Shown here one piece after another: positions 44,080-58,269 of a DNA stretch of 64,000 nucleotides. The number at the start of each line of letters is the position of its first letter. Within the stretch, counting starts at the first letter, position 1. The stretch covers positions 18,104,001 to 18,168,000 of the forward strand of contig OZ059899.1 in assembly GCA_964057225.1 (NCBI GenBank), given 5' to 3'. The DNA is from Auanema rhodensis. Taxonomy: Eukaryota; Animalia; Nematoda. The notes under the pieces were generated by a model, which saw only the letters and a list, made by a program, of their open reading frames with translations, had not been told where the DNA came from and did not search any database. Position numbers and translations under genes: made by a program.

Positions 44080-47000
44080 TTATGCTAATTAAACGTACAC
44101 GTGGTGTGCACTCGGTATGTAACTCGCTTCACGTGAAAGATAAAGAGATGCGGTTTTCAAAATTAGATTCCCCATGTCCATATTAGTCTAAAAACAAATT
44201 TTTATTGATATTGGTGCATGGTAACCATGACTTTGAAATTTACGTGAACTTTAATTTATGCTAATTAAACGTACACGTGGTGTGCACTCGGTATGTAACT
44301 CGCTTCACGTGTAAGATAAAGAGATGCAGTTATCAAAATTAGATTCCCCATGTCCATATTAGTCTAAAAACAAATTTTTATTGATATTGGTGCATGGTAA
44401 CCATGATTTTGAAATTTACGTGAACTTTAATTTATGCTGATTAAATGTACACGTGGTGTGCACTCGGTATGTAACTCGCTTCACGTGAAAGATAAAGAGA
44501 TGCAGTTATCAAAATTAGATTCCCCATGTCCATATTAGTCTAAAAACAAATTTTTATTGATATTGGTGCATGGTAACCATGACTTTGAAATTTACGTGAA
44601 CTTTAATTTATGCTAATTAAACGTACACGTGTTGTGCACTCGGTATGTAACTCGCTTCACGTGGAAGATAAAAAGATGCGGTTTTCAAAATTAGATTCCC
44701 CATGTCCATATTAGTCTAAAAACAATTTTTTACTGATATTGGTGCATGGTAACCATGATTTTGAAATTTACGTGAACTTTAATTTATGCTAATTAAACGT
44801 ACACGTGATGTGCACTTGGTATGTAACTCGCTTCACGTAAAAGATAAAGAGATGCGGTTTTTAAAATTAGATTCCCCATGTCCATATTAGTCTAAAAACA
44901 ATTTTTTACTGATATTGGTGCATGGTAACCATGATTTTGAAATTTACGTGAACTTTAATTTATGCTAATTAAACGTACACGTGGTGTGCACTCGGTATGT
45001 AACTCGCTTCACGTGAAAGATAAAGAGATGCGGTTTTCAAAATTAGATTCCCCATGTCCATATTAGTCTAAAAACAATTTTTTACTGATATTGGTGCATG
45101 GTAACCATGACTTTGAAATTTACGTGAACTTTTATTTATGCTAATTAAACGTACACGTGGTGTGCACTCGGTATGTAACTCGCTTCACGTGAAAGATAAA
45201 GAGATGCGGTTTTTAAAATTAGATTCCCCATGTCCATATTAGTCTAAAAACAATTTTTTACTGATATTGGTGCATGGTAACCATGATTTTGAAATTTACG
45301 TGAACTTTAATTTATGCTAATTAAACGTACACGTGGTGTGCACTCGGTATGTAACTCGCTTCACGTGTAAGATAAAGAGATGCGGTTTTCAAAATTAGAT
45401 TCCCCATGTCCATATTAGTCTAAAAACAAATTTTTATTGATATTGGTGCATGGTAACCATGACTTTGAAATTTACGTGAACTTTAATTTATGCTAATTAA
45501 ACGTACACGTGGTGTGCACTCGGTATGTAACTCGCTTCACGTGTAAGATAAAGAGATGCGGTTTTCAAAATTAGATTCCCCATGTCCATATTAGTCTAAA
45601 AACAAATTTTTATTGATATTGGTGCATGGTAACCATGATTTTGAAATTTACGTGAACTTTAATTCATGCTAATTAAATGTACACGTGGTGTGGACTCGGT
45701 ATGTAACTCGCTTCACGTGAAAGATAAAGAGATGCAGTTATCAAAATTAGATTCCCCATGTCCATATTAGTCTAAAAACAATTTTTTACTGATATTGGTG
45801 CATGGTAACCATGATTTTGAAATTTACGTGAACTTTAATTTATGCTAATTAAACGTACACGTGATGTGCACTTGGTATGTAACTCGCTTCACGTGAAAGA
45901 TAAAGAGATGCGGTTTTTAAAATTAGATTCCCCATGTCCATATTAGTCTAAAAACAATTTTTTACTGATATTGGTGCATGGTAACCATGATTTTGAAATT
46001 TACGTGAACTTTAATTTATGCTAATCAAACGTACACGTGGTGTGCACTCGGTATGTAACTCGCTTCACGTGAAAGATAAAGAGATGCGGTTTTCAAAATT
46101 AGATTCCCCATGTCCATATTAGTCTAAAAACAAATTTTTATTGATATTGGTGCATGGTAACCATGACTTTGAATTTTACGTGAACTTTAATTCATGCTAA
46201 TTAAACGTACACGTGGTGTGCACTCGGTATGTAACTCGCTTCACGTGAAAGATAAAGAGATGCGGTTTTCAAAATTAGATTCCCCATGTCCATATTAGTC
46301 TAAAAACAAAATTTTATTGATATTGGTGCATGGTAACCATGACTTTGAAATTTACGTGAACTTTAATTTATGCTACATAAATGTACACGTGGTGTGGACT
46401 CGGTATGTAACTCGCTTCACGTGAAAGATAAAGAGATGCAGTTATCAAAATTAGATTCCCCATGTCCATATTAGTCTAAAAACAATTTTTTACTGATATT
46501 GGTGCATGGTAACCATGATTTTGAAATTTACGTGAACTTTAATTTATGCTAATTAAACGTACACGTGATGTGCACTTGGTATGTAACTCGCTTCACGTGA
46601 AAGATAAAGAGATGCGGTTTTTAAAATTAGATTCCCCATGTCCATATTAGTCTAAAAACAATTTTTTACTGATATTGGTGCATGGTAACCATGATTTTGA
46701 AATTTACGTGAACTTTAATTTATGCTAATCAAACGTACACGTGGTGTGCACTCGGTATGTAACTCGCTTCACGTGAAAGATAAAGAGATGCGGTTTTCAA
46801 AATTAGATTCCCCATGTCCATATTAGTCTAAAAACAAATTTTTATTGATATTGGTGCATGGTAACCATGACTTTGAATTTTACGTGAACTTTAATTCATG
46901 CTAATTAAACGTACACGTGGTGTGCACTCGGTATGTAACTCGCTTCACGTGAAAGATAAAGAGATGCGGTTTTCAAAATTAGATTCCCCATGTCCATATT

Positions 47001-47716
47001 AGTCTAAAAACAAAATTTTATTGATATTGGTGCATGGTAACCATGACTTTGAAATTTACGTGAACTTTAATTTATGCTACATAAATGTACACGTGATGTG
47101 CACTTGGTATGTAACTCGCTTCACGTGAAAGATAAAAAGATGCGGTTTTTAAAATTAGATTCCCCATGTCCATATTAGTCTAAAAACAATTTTTTACTGA
47201 TATTGGTGCATGGTAACCATGACTTTGAAATTTACGTGAATTTTAATTTATGCTAATTAAACGTACACGTGGTGTGCACTCGGTATGTAACTCGCTTCAC
47301 GTAAAAGATAAAGAGATGCGGTTTTCAAAATTAGATTCCCCATGTCCATATTAGTCTAAAAACAAATTTTTATTGATATTGGTGCATGGTAACCATGATT
47401 TTGAAATTTACGTGAACTTTAATTTATGCTGATTAAATGTACACGTGGTGTGCACTCGGTATGTAACTCGCTTCACGTGAAAGATAAAGAGATGCAGTTA
47501 TCAAAATTAGATTCCCCATGTCCATATTAGTCTAAAAACAAATTTTTATTGATATTGGTGCATGGTAACCATGACTTTGAAATTTACGTGAACTTTAATT
47601 TATGCTAATTAAACGTACACGTGTTGTGCACTCGGTATGTAACTCGCTTCACGTGGAAGATAAAAAGATGCGGTTTTCAAAATTAGATTCCCCATGTCCA
47701 TATTAGTCTAAAAACA
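44080..47716 (+). repeat. Multi-monomer duplication C, copy 1 (about 20 monomers; partner 5280 bp downstream)
   Basis: Offset 5280 (30x176): GTAAG...GCAGTTATC near 44311/49591, CACGTAAAAG 44840/50120, ACTTTTATT near 45133/50413, chimeric CTACAT/GTGGAC monomer 46304/51584. Confidence 0.92.
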
Positions 47717-49540
47717 ATTTTTTACTGATATTGGTGCATGGTAACCATGATTTTGAAATTTACGTGAACTTTAATTTATGCTAATTAAACGTACACGTGA
47801 TGTGCACTTGGTATGTAACTCGCTTCACGTGAAAGATAAAGAGATGCGGTTTTTAAAATTAGATTCCCCATGTCCATATTAGTCTAAAAACAATTTTTTA
47901 CTGATATTGGTGCATGGTAACCATGATTTTGAAATTTACGTGAACTTTAATTTATGCTAATTAAACGTACACGTGGTGTGCACTCGGTATGTAACTCGCT
48001 TCACGTGAAAGATAAAGAGATGCGGTTTTCAAAATTAGATTCCCCATGTCCATATTAGTCTAAAAACAAATTTTTATTGATATTGGTGCATGGTAACCAT
48101 AACTTTGAAATTTACGTGAACTTTAATTTATGCTAATTAAACGTACACGTGGTGTGCACTCGGTATGTAACTCGCTTCACGTGAAAGATAAAGAGATGCG
48201 GTTTTCAAAATTAGATTCCCCATGTCCATATTAGTCTAAAAACAAATTTTTATTGATATTGGTGCATGGTAACCATGACTTTGAAATTTACGTGAACTTT
48301 AATTTATGCTACATAAATGTACACGTGATGTGCACTTGGTATGTAACTCGCTTCACATGAAAGATAAAAAGATGCGGTTTTTAAAATTAGATTCCCCATG
48401 TCCATATTAGTCTAAAAACAAATTTTTATTGATATTGGTGCATGGTAACCATGATTTTGAAATTTACGTGAACTTTAATTTATGCTAGTTAAACGTACAC
48501 GTGGTGTGCACTCGGTATGTAACTCGCTTCACGTGAAAGATAAAGAGATGCGGTTTTCAAAATTAGATTCCCCATGTCCATATTAGTCTAAAAACAAATT
48601 TTTTTTGATATTGGTGCATGGTAACCATGATTTTGAAATTTACGTGAACTTTAATTTATGCTAATTAAATGTACACGTGGTGTGCACTCGGTATGTAACT
48701 CGCTTCACGTGAAAGATAAAGAGATGCGGTTTTTAAAATTAGATTTCCCATGTCCATATTAGTCTAAAAACAGAATTTTATTGATATTGGTGCATGGTAA
48801 CCATGACTTTGAAATTTACGTGAACTTTAATTTATGCTACATAAATGTACACGTGATGTGCACTTGGTATGTAACTCGCTTCACGTGAAAGATAAAAAGA
48901 TGCGGTTTTTAAAATTAGATTCCCCATGTCCATATTAGTCTAAAAACAATTTTTCACTGATATTGGTGCATGGTAACCATGACTTTGAAATTTACGTGAA
49001 CTTTAATTTATGCTAATTAAACGTACACGTGGTGTGCACTCGGTATGTAACTCGCTTCACGTGTAAGATAAAGAGATGCGGTTTTCAAAATTAGATTCCC
49101 CATGTCCATATTAGTCTAAAAACAAATTTTTATTGATATTGGTGCATGGTAACCATGACTTTGAAATTTACGTGAACTTTAATTTATGCTACATAAATGT
49201 ACACGTGATGTGCACTTGGTATGTAACTCGCTTCACGTGAAAGATAAAAAGATGCGGTTTTTAAAATTAGATTCCCCATGTCCATATTAGTCTAAAAACA
49301 ATTTTTTATTGATATTGGTGCATGGTAACCATGACTTTGAAATTTACGTGAACTTTAATTTATGCTAATTAAACGTACACGTGGTGTGCACTCGGTATGT
49401 AACTCGCTTCACGTGAAAGATAAAGAGATGCGGTTTTCAAAATTAGATTCCCCATGTCCATATTAGTCTAAAAACAAATTTTTATTGATATTGGTGCATG
49501 GTAACCATGACTTTGAAATTTACGTGAACTTTAATTTATG
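46128..49540 (+). repeat. Multi-monomer duplication D, copy 1 (about 19 monomers; partner 6864 bp downstream)
   Basis: Offset 6864 (39x176): CCATAAC 48101/54965, CACATGA 48357/55221, GCTAGTT 48488/55352, GATTTCCC 48746/55610, CAGAATT 48773/55637, TTTCACTG 48955/55819. Confidence 0.92.
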
Positions 49541-52500
49541 CTAATTAAACGTACACGTGGTGTGCACTCGGTATGTAACTCGCTTCACGTGTAAGATAAA
49601 GAGATGCAGTTATCAAAATTAGATTCCCCATGTCCATATTAGTCTAAAAACAAATTTTTATTGATATTGGTGCATGGTAACCATGATTTTGAAATTTACG
49701 TGAACTTTAATTTATGCTGATTAAATGTACACGTGGTGTGCACTCGGTATGTAACTCGCTTCACGTGAAAGATAAAGAGATGCAGTTATCAAAATTAGAT
49801 TCCCCATGTCCATATTAGTCTAAAAACAAATTTTTATTGATATTGGTGCATGGTAACCATGACTTTGAAATTTACGTGAACTTTAATTTATGCTAATTAA
49901 ACGTACACGTGTTGTGCACTCGGTATGTAACTCGCTTCACGTGGAAGATAAAAAGATGCGGTTTTCAAAATTAGATTCCCCATGTCCATATTAGTCTAAA
50001 AACAATTTTTTACTGATATTGGTGCATGGTAACCATGATTTTGAAATTTACGTGAACTTTAATTTATGCTAATTAAACGTACACGTGATGTGCACTTGGT
50101 ATGTAACTCGCTTCACGTAAAAGATAAAGAGATGCGGTTTTTAAAATTAGATTCCCCATGTCCATATTAGTCTAAAAACAATTTTTTACTGATATTGGTG
50201 CATGGTAACCATGATTTTGAAATTTACGTGAACTTTAATTTATGCTAATTAAACGTACACGTGGTGTGCACTCGGTATGTAACTCGCTTCACGTGAAAGA
50301 TAAAGAGATGCGGTTTTCAAAATTAGATTCCCCATGTCCATATTAGTCTAAAAACAATTTTTTACTGATATTGGTGCATGGTAACCATGACTTTGAAATT
50401 TACGTGAACTTTTATTTATGCTAATTAAACGTACACGTGGTGTGCACTCGGTATGTAACTCGCTTCACGTGAAAGATAAAGAGATGCGGTTTTTAAAATT
50501 AGATTCCCCATGTCCATATTAGTCTAAAAACAATTTTTTACTGATATTGGTGCATGGTAACCATGATTTTGAAATTTACGTGAACTTTAATTTATGCTAA
50601 TTAAACGTACACGTGGTGTGCACTCGGTATGTAACTCGCTTCACGTGTAAGATAAAGAGATGCGGTTTTCAAAATTAGATTCCCCATGTCCATATTAGTC
50701 TAAAAACAAATTTTTATTGATATTGGTGCATGGTAACCATGACTTTGAAATTTACGTGAACTTTAATTTATGCTAATTAAACGTACACGTGGTGTGCACT
50801 CGGTATGTAACTCGCTTCACGTGTAAGATAAAGAGATGCGGTTTTCAAAATTAGATTCCCCATGTCCATATTAGTCTAAAAACAAATTTTTATTGATATT
50901 GGTGCATGGTAACCATGATTTTGAAATTTACGTGAACTTTAATTCATGCTAATTAAATGTACACGTGGTGTGGACTCGGTATGTAACTCGCTTCACGTGA
51001 AAGATAAAGAGATGCAGTTATCAAAATTAGATTCCCCATGTCCATATTAGTCTAAAAACAATTTTTTACTGATATTGGTGCATGGTAACCATGATTTTGA
51101 AATTTACGTGAACTTTAATTTATGCTAATTAAACGTACACGTGATGTGCACTTGGTATGTAACTCGCTTCACGTGAAAGATAAAGAGATGCGGTTTTTAA
51201 AATTAGATTCCCCATGTCCATATTAGTCTAAAAACAATTTTTTACTGATATTGGTGCATGGTAACCATGATTTTGAAATTTACGTGAACTTTAATTTATG
51301 CTAATCAAACGTACACGTGGTGTGCACTCGGTATGTAACTCGCTTCACGTGAAAGATAAAGAGATGCGGTTTTCAAAATTAGATTCCCCATGTCCATATT
51401 AGTCTAAAAACAAATTTTTATTGATATTGGTGCATGGTAACCATGACTTTGAATTTTACGTGAACTTTAATTCATGCTAATTAAACGTACACGTGGTGTG
51501 CACTCGGTATGTAACTCGCTTCACGTGAAAGATAAAGAGATGCGGTTTTCAAAATTAGATTCCCCATGTCCATATTAGTCTAAAAACAAAATTTTATTGA
51601 TATTGGTGCATGGTAACCATGACTTTGAAATTTACGTGAACTTTAATTTATGCTACATAAATGTACACGTGGTGTGGACTCGGTATGTAACTCGCTTCAC
51701 GTGAAAGATAAAGAGATGCAGTTATCAAAATTAGATTCCCCATGTCCATATTAGTCTAAAAACAATTTTTTACTGATATTGGTGCATGGTAACCATGATT
51801 TTGAAATTTACGTGAACTTTAATTTATGCTAATTAAACGTACACGTGATGTGCACTTGGTATGTAACTCGCTTCACGTGAAAGATAAAGAGATGCGGTTT
51901 TTAAAATTAGATTCCCCATGTCCATATTAGTCTAAAAACAATTTTTTACTGATATTGGTGCATGGTAACCATGATTTTGAAATTTACGTGAACTTTAATT
52001 TATGCTAATCAAACGTACACGTGGTGTGCACTCGGTATGTAACTCGCTTCACGTGAAAGATAAAGAGATGCGGTTTTCAAAATTAGATTCCCCATGTCCA
52101 TATTAGTCTAAAAACAAATTTTTATTGATATTGGTGCATGGTAACCATGACTTTGAATTTTACGTGAACTTTAATTCATGCTAATTAAACGTACACGTGG
52201 TGTGCACTCGGTATGTAACTCGCTTCACGTGAAAGATAAAGAGATGCGGTTTTCAAAATTAGATTCCCCATGTCCATATTAGTCTAAAAACAAAATTTTA
52301 TTGATATTGGTGCATGGTAACCATGACTTTGAAATTTACGTGAACTTTAATTTATGCTACATAAATGTACACGTGATGTGCACTTGGTATGTAACTCGCT
52401 TCACGTGAAAGATAAAAAGATGCGGTTTTTAAAATTAGATTCCCCATGTCCATATTAGTCTAAAAACAATTTTTTACTGATATTGGTGCATGGTAACCAT

Positions 52501-52996
52501 GACTTTGAAATTTACGTGAATTTTAATTTATGCTAATTAAACGTACACGTGGTGTGCACTCGGTATGTAACTCGCTTCACGTGTAAGATAAAGAGATGCG
52601 GTTTTCAAAATTAGATTCCCCATGTCCATATTAGTCTAAAAACAAATTTTTATTGATATTGGTGCATGGTAACCATGATTTTGAAATTTACGTGAACTTT
52701 AATTTATGCTGATTAAATGTACACGTGGTGTGCACTCGGTATGTAACTCGCTTCACGTGAAAGATAAAGAGATGCAGTTATCAAAATTAGATTCCCCATG
52801 TCCATATTAGTCTAAAAACAAATTTTTATTGATATTGGTGCATGGTAACCATGACTTTGAAATTTACGTGAACTTTAATTTATGCTAATTAAACGTACAC
52901 GTGTTGTGCACTCGGTATGTAACTCGCTTCACGTGGAAGATAAAAAGATGCGGTTTTCAAAATTAGATTCCCCATGTCCATATTAGTCTAAAAACA
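49360..52996 (+). repeat. Multi-monomer duplication C, copy 2
   Basis: Near-identical to 44080-47716. Visible difference: GTAAAAG at 47301 versus GTGTAAG at 52581. Confidence 0.92.
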
Positions 52997-55900
52997 AATT
53001 TTTATTGATATTGGTGCATGGTAACCATGACTTTGAATTTTACGTGAACTTTAATTCATGCTAATTAAACGTACACGTGGTGTGCACTCGGTATGTAACT
53101 CGCTTCACGTGAAAGATAAAGAGATGCGGTTTTCAAAATTAGATTCCCCATGTCCATATTAGTCTAAAAACAAAATTTTATTGATATTGGTGCATGGTAA
53201 CCATGACTTTGAAATTTACGTGAACTTTAATTTATGCTACATAAATGTACACGTGGTGTGGACTCGGTATGTAACTCGCTTCACGTGAAAGATAAAGAGA
53301 TGCAGTTATCAAAATTAGATTCCCCATGTCCATATTAGTCTAAAAACAATTTTTTACTGATATTGGTGCATGGTAACCATGATTTTGAAATTTACGTGAA
53401 CTTTAATTTATGCTAATTAAACGTACACGTGATGTGCACTTGGTATGTAACTCGCTTCACGTGAAAGATAAAGAGATGCGGTTTTTAAAATTAGATTCCC
53501 CATGTCCATATTAGTCTAAAAACAATTTTTTACTGATGTTGGTGCATGGTAACCATGATTTTGAAATTTACGTGAACTTTAATTTATGCTAATCAAACGT
53601 ACACGTGGTGTGCACTCGGTATGTAACTCGCTTCACGTGAAAGATAAAGAGATGCGGTTTTCAAAATTAGATTCCCCATGTCCATATTAGTCTAAAAACA
53701 AATTTTTATTGATATTGGTGCATGGTAACCATGACTTTGAATTTTACGTGAACTTTAATTCATGCTAATTAAACGTACACGTGGTGTGCACTCGGTATGT
53801 AACTCGCTTCACGTGAAAGATAAAGAGATGCGGTTTTCAAAATTAGATTCCCCATGTCCATATTAGTCTAAAAACAAAATTTTATTGATATTGGTGCATG
53901 GTAACCATGACTTTGAAATTTACGTGAACTTTAATTTATGCTACATAAATGTACACGTGATGTGCACTTGGTATGTAACTCGCTTCACGTGAAAGATAAA
54001 AAGATGCGGTTTTTAAAATTAGATTCCCCATGTCCATATTAGTCTAAAAACAATTTTTTACTGATATTGGTGCATGGTAACCATGACTTTGAAATTTACG
54101 TGAATTTTAATTTATGCTAATTAAACGTACACGTGGTGTGCACTCGGTATGTAACTCGCTTCACGTGTAAGATAAAGAGATGCGGTTTTCAAAATTAGAT
54201 TCCCCATGTCCATATTAGTCTAAAAACAAATTTTTATTGATATTGGTGCATGGTAACCATGATTTTGAAATTTACGTGAACTTTAATTTATGCTGATTAA
54301 ATGTACACGTGGTGTGCACTCGGTATGTAACTCGCTTCACGTGAAAGATAAAGAGATGCAGTTATCAAAATTAGATTCCCCATGTCCATATTAGTCTAAA
54401 AACAAATTTTTATTGATATTGGTGCATGGTAACCATGACTTTGAAATTTACGTGAACTTTAATTTATGCTAATTAAACGTACACGTGTTGTGCACTCGGT
54501 ATGTAACTCGCTTCACGTGGAAGATAAAAAGATGCGGTTTTCAAAATTAGATTCCCCATGTCCATATTAGTCTAAAAACAATTTTTTACTGATATTGGTG
54601 CATGGTAACCATGATTTTGAAATTTACGTGAACTTTAATTTATGCTAATTAAACGTACACGTGATGTGCACTTGGTATGTAACTCGCTTCACGTGAAAGA
54701 TAAAGAGATGCGGTTTTTAAAATTAGATTCCCCATGTCCATATTAGTCTAAAAACAATTTTTTACTGATATTGGTGCATGGTAACCATGATTTTGAAATT
54801 TACGTGAACTTTAATTTATGCTAATTAAACGTACACGTGGTGTGCACTCGGTATGTAACTCGCTTCACGTGAAAGATAAAGAGATGCGGTTTTCAAAATT
54901 AGATTCCCCATGTCCATATTAGTCTAAAAACAAATTTTTATTGATATTGGTGCATGGTAACCATAACTTTGAAATTTACGTGAACTTTAATTTATGCTAA
55001 TTAAACGTACACGTGGTGTGCACTCGGTATGTAACTCGCTTCACGTGAAAGATAAAGAGATGCGGTTTTCAAAATTAGATTCCCCATGTCCATATTAGTC
55101 TAAAAACAAATTTTTATTGATATTGGTGCATGGTAACCATGACTTTGAAATTTACGTGAACTTTAATTTATGCTACATAAATGTACACGTGATGTGCACT
55201 TGGTATGTAACTCGCTTCACATGAAAGATAAAAAGATGCGGTTTTTAAAATTAGATTCCCCATGTCCATATTAGTCTAAAAACAAATTTTTATTGATATT
55301 GGTGCATGGTAACCATGATTTTGAAATTTACGTGAACTTTAATTTATGCTAGTTAAACGTACACGTGGTGTGCACTCGGTATGTAACTCGCTTCACGTGA
55401 AAGATAAAGAGATGCGGTTTTCAAAATTAGATTCCCCATGTCCATATTAGTCTAAAAACAAATTTTTTTTGATATTGGTGCATGGTAACCATGATTTTGA
55501 AATTTACGTGAACTTTAATTTATGCTAATTAAATGTACACGTGGTGTGCACTCGGTATGTAACTCGCTTCACGTGAAAGATAAAGAGATGCGGTTTTTAA
55601 AATTAGATTTCCCATGTCCATATTAGTCTAAAAACAGAATTTTATTGATATTGGTGCATGGTAACCATGACTTTGAAATTTACGTGAACTTTAATTTATG
55701 CTACATAAATGTACACGTGATGTGCACTTGGTATGTAACTCGCTTCACGTGAAAGATAAAAAGATGCGGTTTTTAAAATTAGATTCCCCATGTCCATATT
55801 AGTCTAAAAACAATTTTTCACTGATATTGGTGCATGGTAACCATGACTTTGAAATTTACGTGAACTTTAATTTATGCTAATTAAACGTACACGTGGTGTG

Positions 55901-56404
55901 CACTCGGTATGTAACTCGCTTCACGTGTAAGATAAAGAGATGCGGTTTTCAAAATTAGATTCCCCATGTCCATATTAGTCTAAAAACAAATTTTTATTGA
56001 TATTGGTGCATGGTAACCATGACTTTGAAATTTACGTGAACTTTAATTTATGCTACATAAATGTACACGTGATGTGCACTTGGTATGTAACTCGCTTCAC
56101 GTGAAAGATAAAAAGATGCGGTTTTTAAAATTAGATTCCCCATGTCCATATTAGTCTAAAAACAATTTTTTATTGATATTGGTGCATGGTAACCATGACT
56201 TTGAAATTTACGTGAACTTTAATTTATGCTAATTAAACGTACACGTGGTGTGCACTCGGTATGTAACTCGCTTCACGTGAAAGATAAAGAGATGCGGTTT
56301 TCAAAATTAGATTCCCCATGTCCATATTAGTCTAAAAACAAATTTTTATTGATATTGGTGCATGGTAACCATGACTTTGAAATTTACGTGAACTTTAATT
56401 TATG
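52992..56404 (+). repeat. Multi-monomer duplication D, copy 2
   Basis: Six rare variants in the same order as 46128-49540. Confidence 0.92.
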
Positions 56405-58269
56405 CTACATAAATGTACACGTGATGTGCACTTGGTATGTAACTCGCTTCACGTGAAAGATAAAAAGATGCGGTTTTTAAAATTAGATTCCCCATGTCCA
56501 TATTAGTCTAAAAACGAATTTTTATTGATATTGGTGCATGGTAACCATGATTTTGAAATTTACGTGAACTTTAATTTATGCTAGTTAAACGTACACGTGG
56601 TGTGCACTCGGTATGTAACTCGCTTCACGTGAAAGATAAAGAGATGCGGTTTTCAAAATTAGATTCCCCATGTCCATATTAGTCTAAAAACAAATTTTTT
56701 TTGATATTGGTGCATGGTAACCATGATTTTGAAATTTACGTGAACTTTAATTTATGCTAATTAAATGTACACGTGGTGTGCACTCGGTATGTAACTCGCT
56801 TCACGTGAAAGATAAAGAGATGCGGTTTTTAAAATTAGATTCCCCATGTCCATATTAGTCTAAAAACAGAATTTTATTGATATTGGTGCATGGTAACCAT
56901 GACTTTGAAATTTACGTGAACTTTAATTTATGCTACATAAATGTACACGTGATGTGCACTTGGTATGTAACTCGCTTCACGTGAAAGATAAAAAGATGCG
57001 GTTTTTAAAATTAGATTCCCCATGTCCATATTAGTCTAAAAACAATTTTTTACTGATATTGGTGCATGGTAACCATGACTTTGAAATTTACGTGAACTTT
57101 AATTTATGCTAATTAAACGTACACGTGGTGTGCACTCGGTATGTAACTCGCTTCACGTGTAAGATAAAGAGATGCGGTTTTCAAAATTAGATTCCCCATG
57201 TCCATATTAGTCTAAAAACAAATTTTTTTTGATATTGGTGCATGGTAACCATGATTTTGAAATTTACGTGAACTTTAATTTATGCTAATTAAATGTACAC
57301 GTGGTGTGCACTCGGTATGTAACTCGCTTCACGTGAAAGATAAAGAGATGCGGTTTTTAAAATTAGATTCCCCATGTCCATATTAGTCTAAAAACAAAAT
57401 TTTATTGATATTGGTGCATGGTAACCATGACTTTGAAATTTACGTGAACTTTAATTTATGCTACATAAATGTACACGTGATGTGCACTTGGTATGTAACT
57501 CGCTTCACGTGAAAGATAAAAAGATGCGGTTTTTAAAATTAGATTCCCCATGTCCATATTAGTCTAAAAACAAATTTTTATTGATATTGGTGCATGGTAA
57601 CCATGACTTTGAAATTTACGTGAACTTTAATTTATGCTAATTAAACGTACACGTGTTGTGCACTCGGTATGTAACTCGCTTCACGTGGAAGATAAAAAGA
57701 TGCGGTTTTCAAAATTAGATTCTTCATGTCCATATTAGTCTAAAAACAATTTTTTACTGATATTGGTGCATGGTAACCATGATTTTGAAATTTACGTGAA
57801 CTTTAATTTATGCTAATTAAACGTACACGTGATGTGCACTTGGTATGTAACTCGCTTCACGTGAAAGATAAAGAGATGCGGTTTTTAAAATTAGATTCCC
57901 CATGTCCATATTAGTCTAAAAACAATTTTTTACTGATATTGGTGCATGGTAACCATGATTTTGAAATTTACGTGAACTTTAATTTATGCTAATTAAACGT
58001 ACACGTGGTGTGCACTCGGTATGTAACTCGCTTCACGTGAAAGATAAAGAGATGCGGTTTTCAAAATTAGATTCCCCATGTCCATATTAGTCTAAAAACA
58101 AATTTTTATTGATATTGGTGCATGGTAACCATGACTTTGAAATTTACGTGAACTTTAATTTATGCTAATTAAACGTACACGTGGTGTGCACTCGGTATGT
58201 AACTCGCTTCACGTGAAAGATAAAGAGATGCGGTTTTCAAAATTAGATTCCCCATGTCCATATTAGTCT

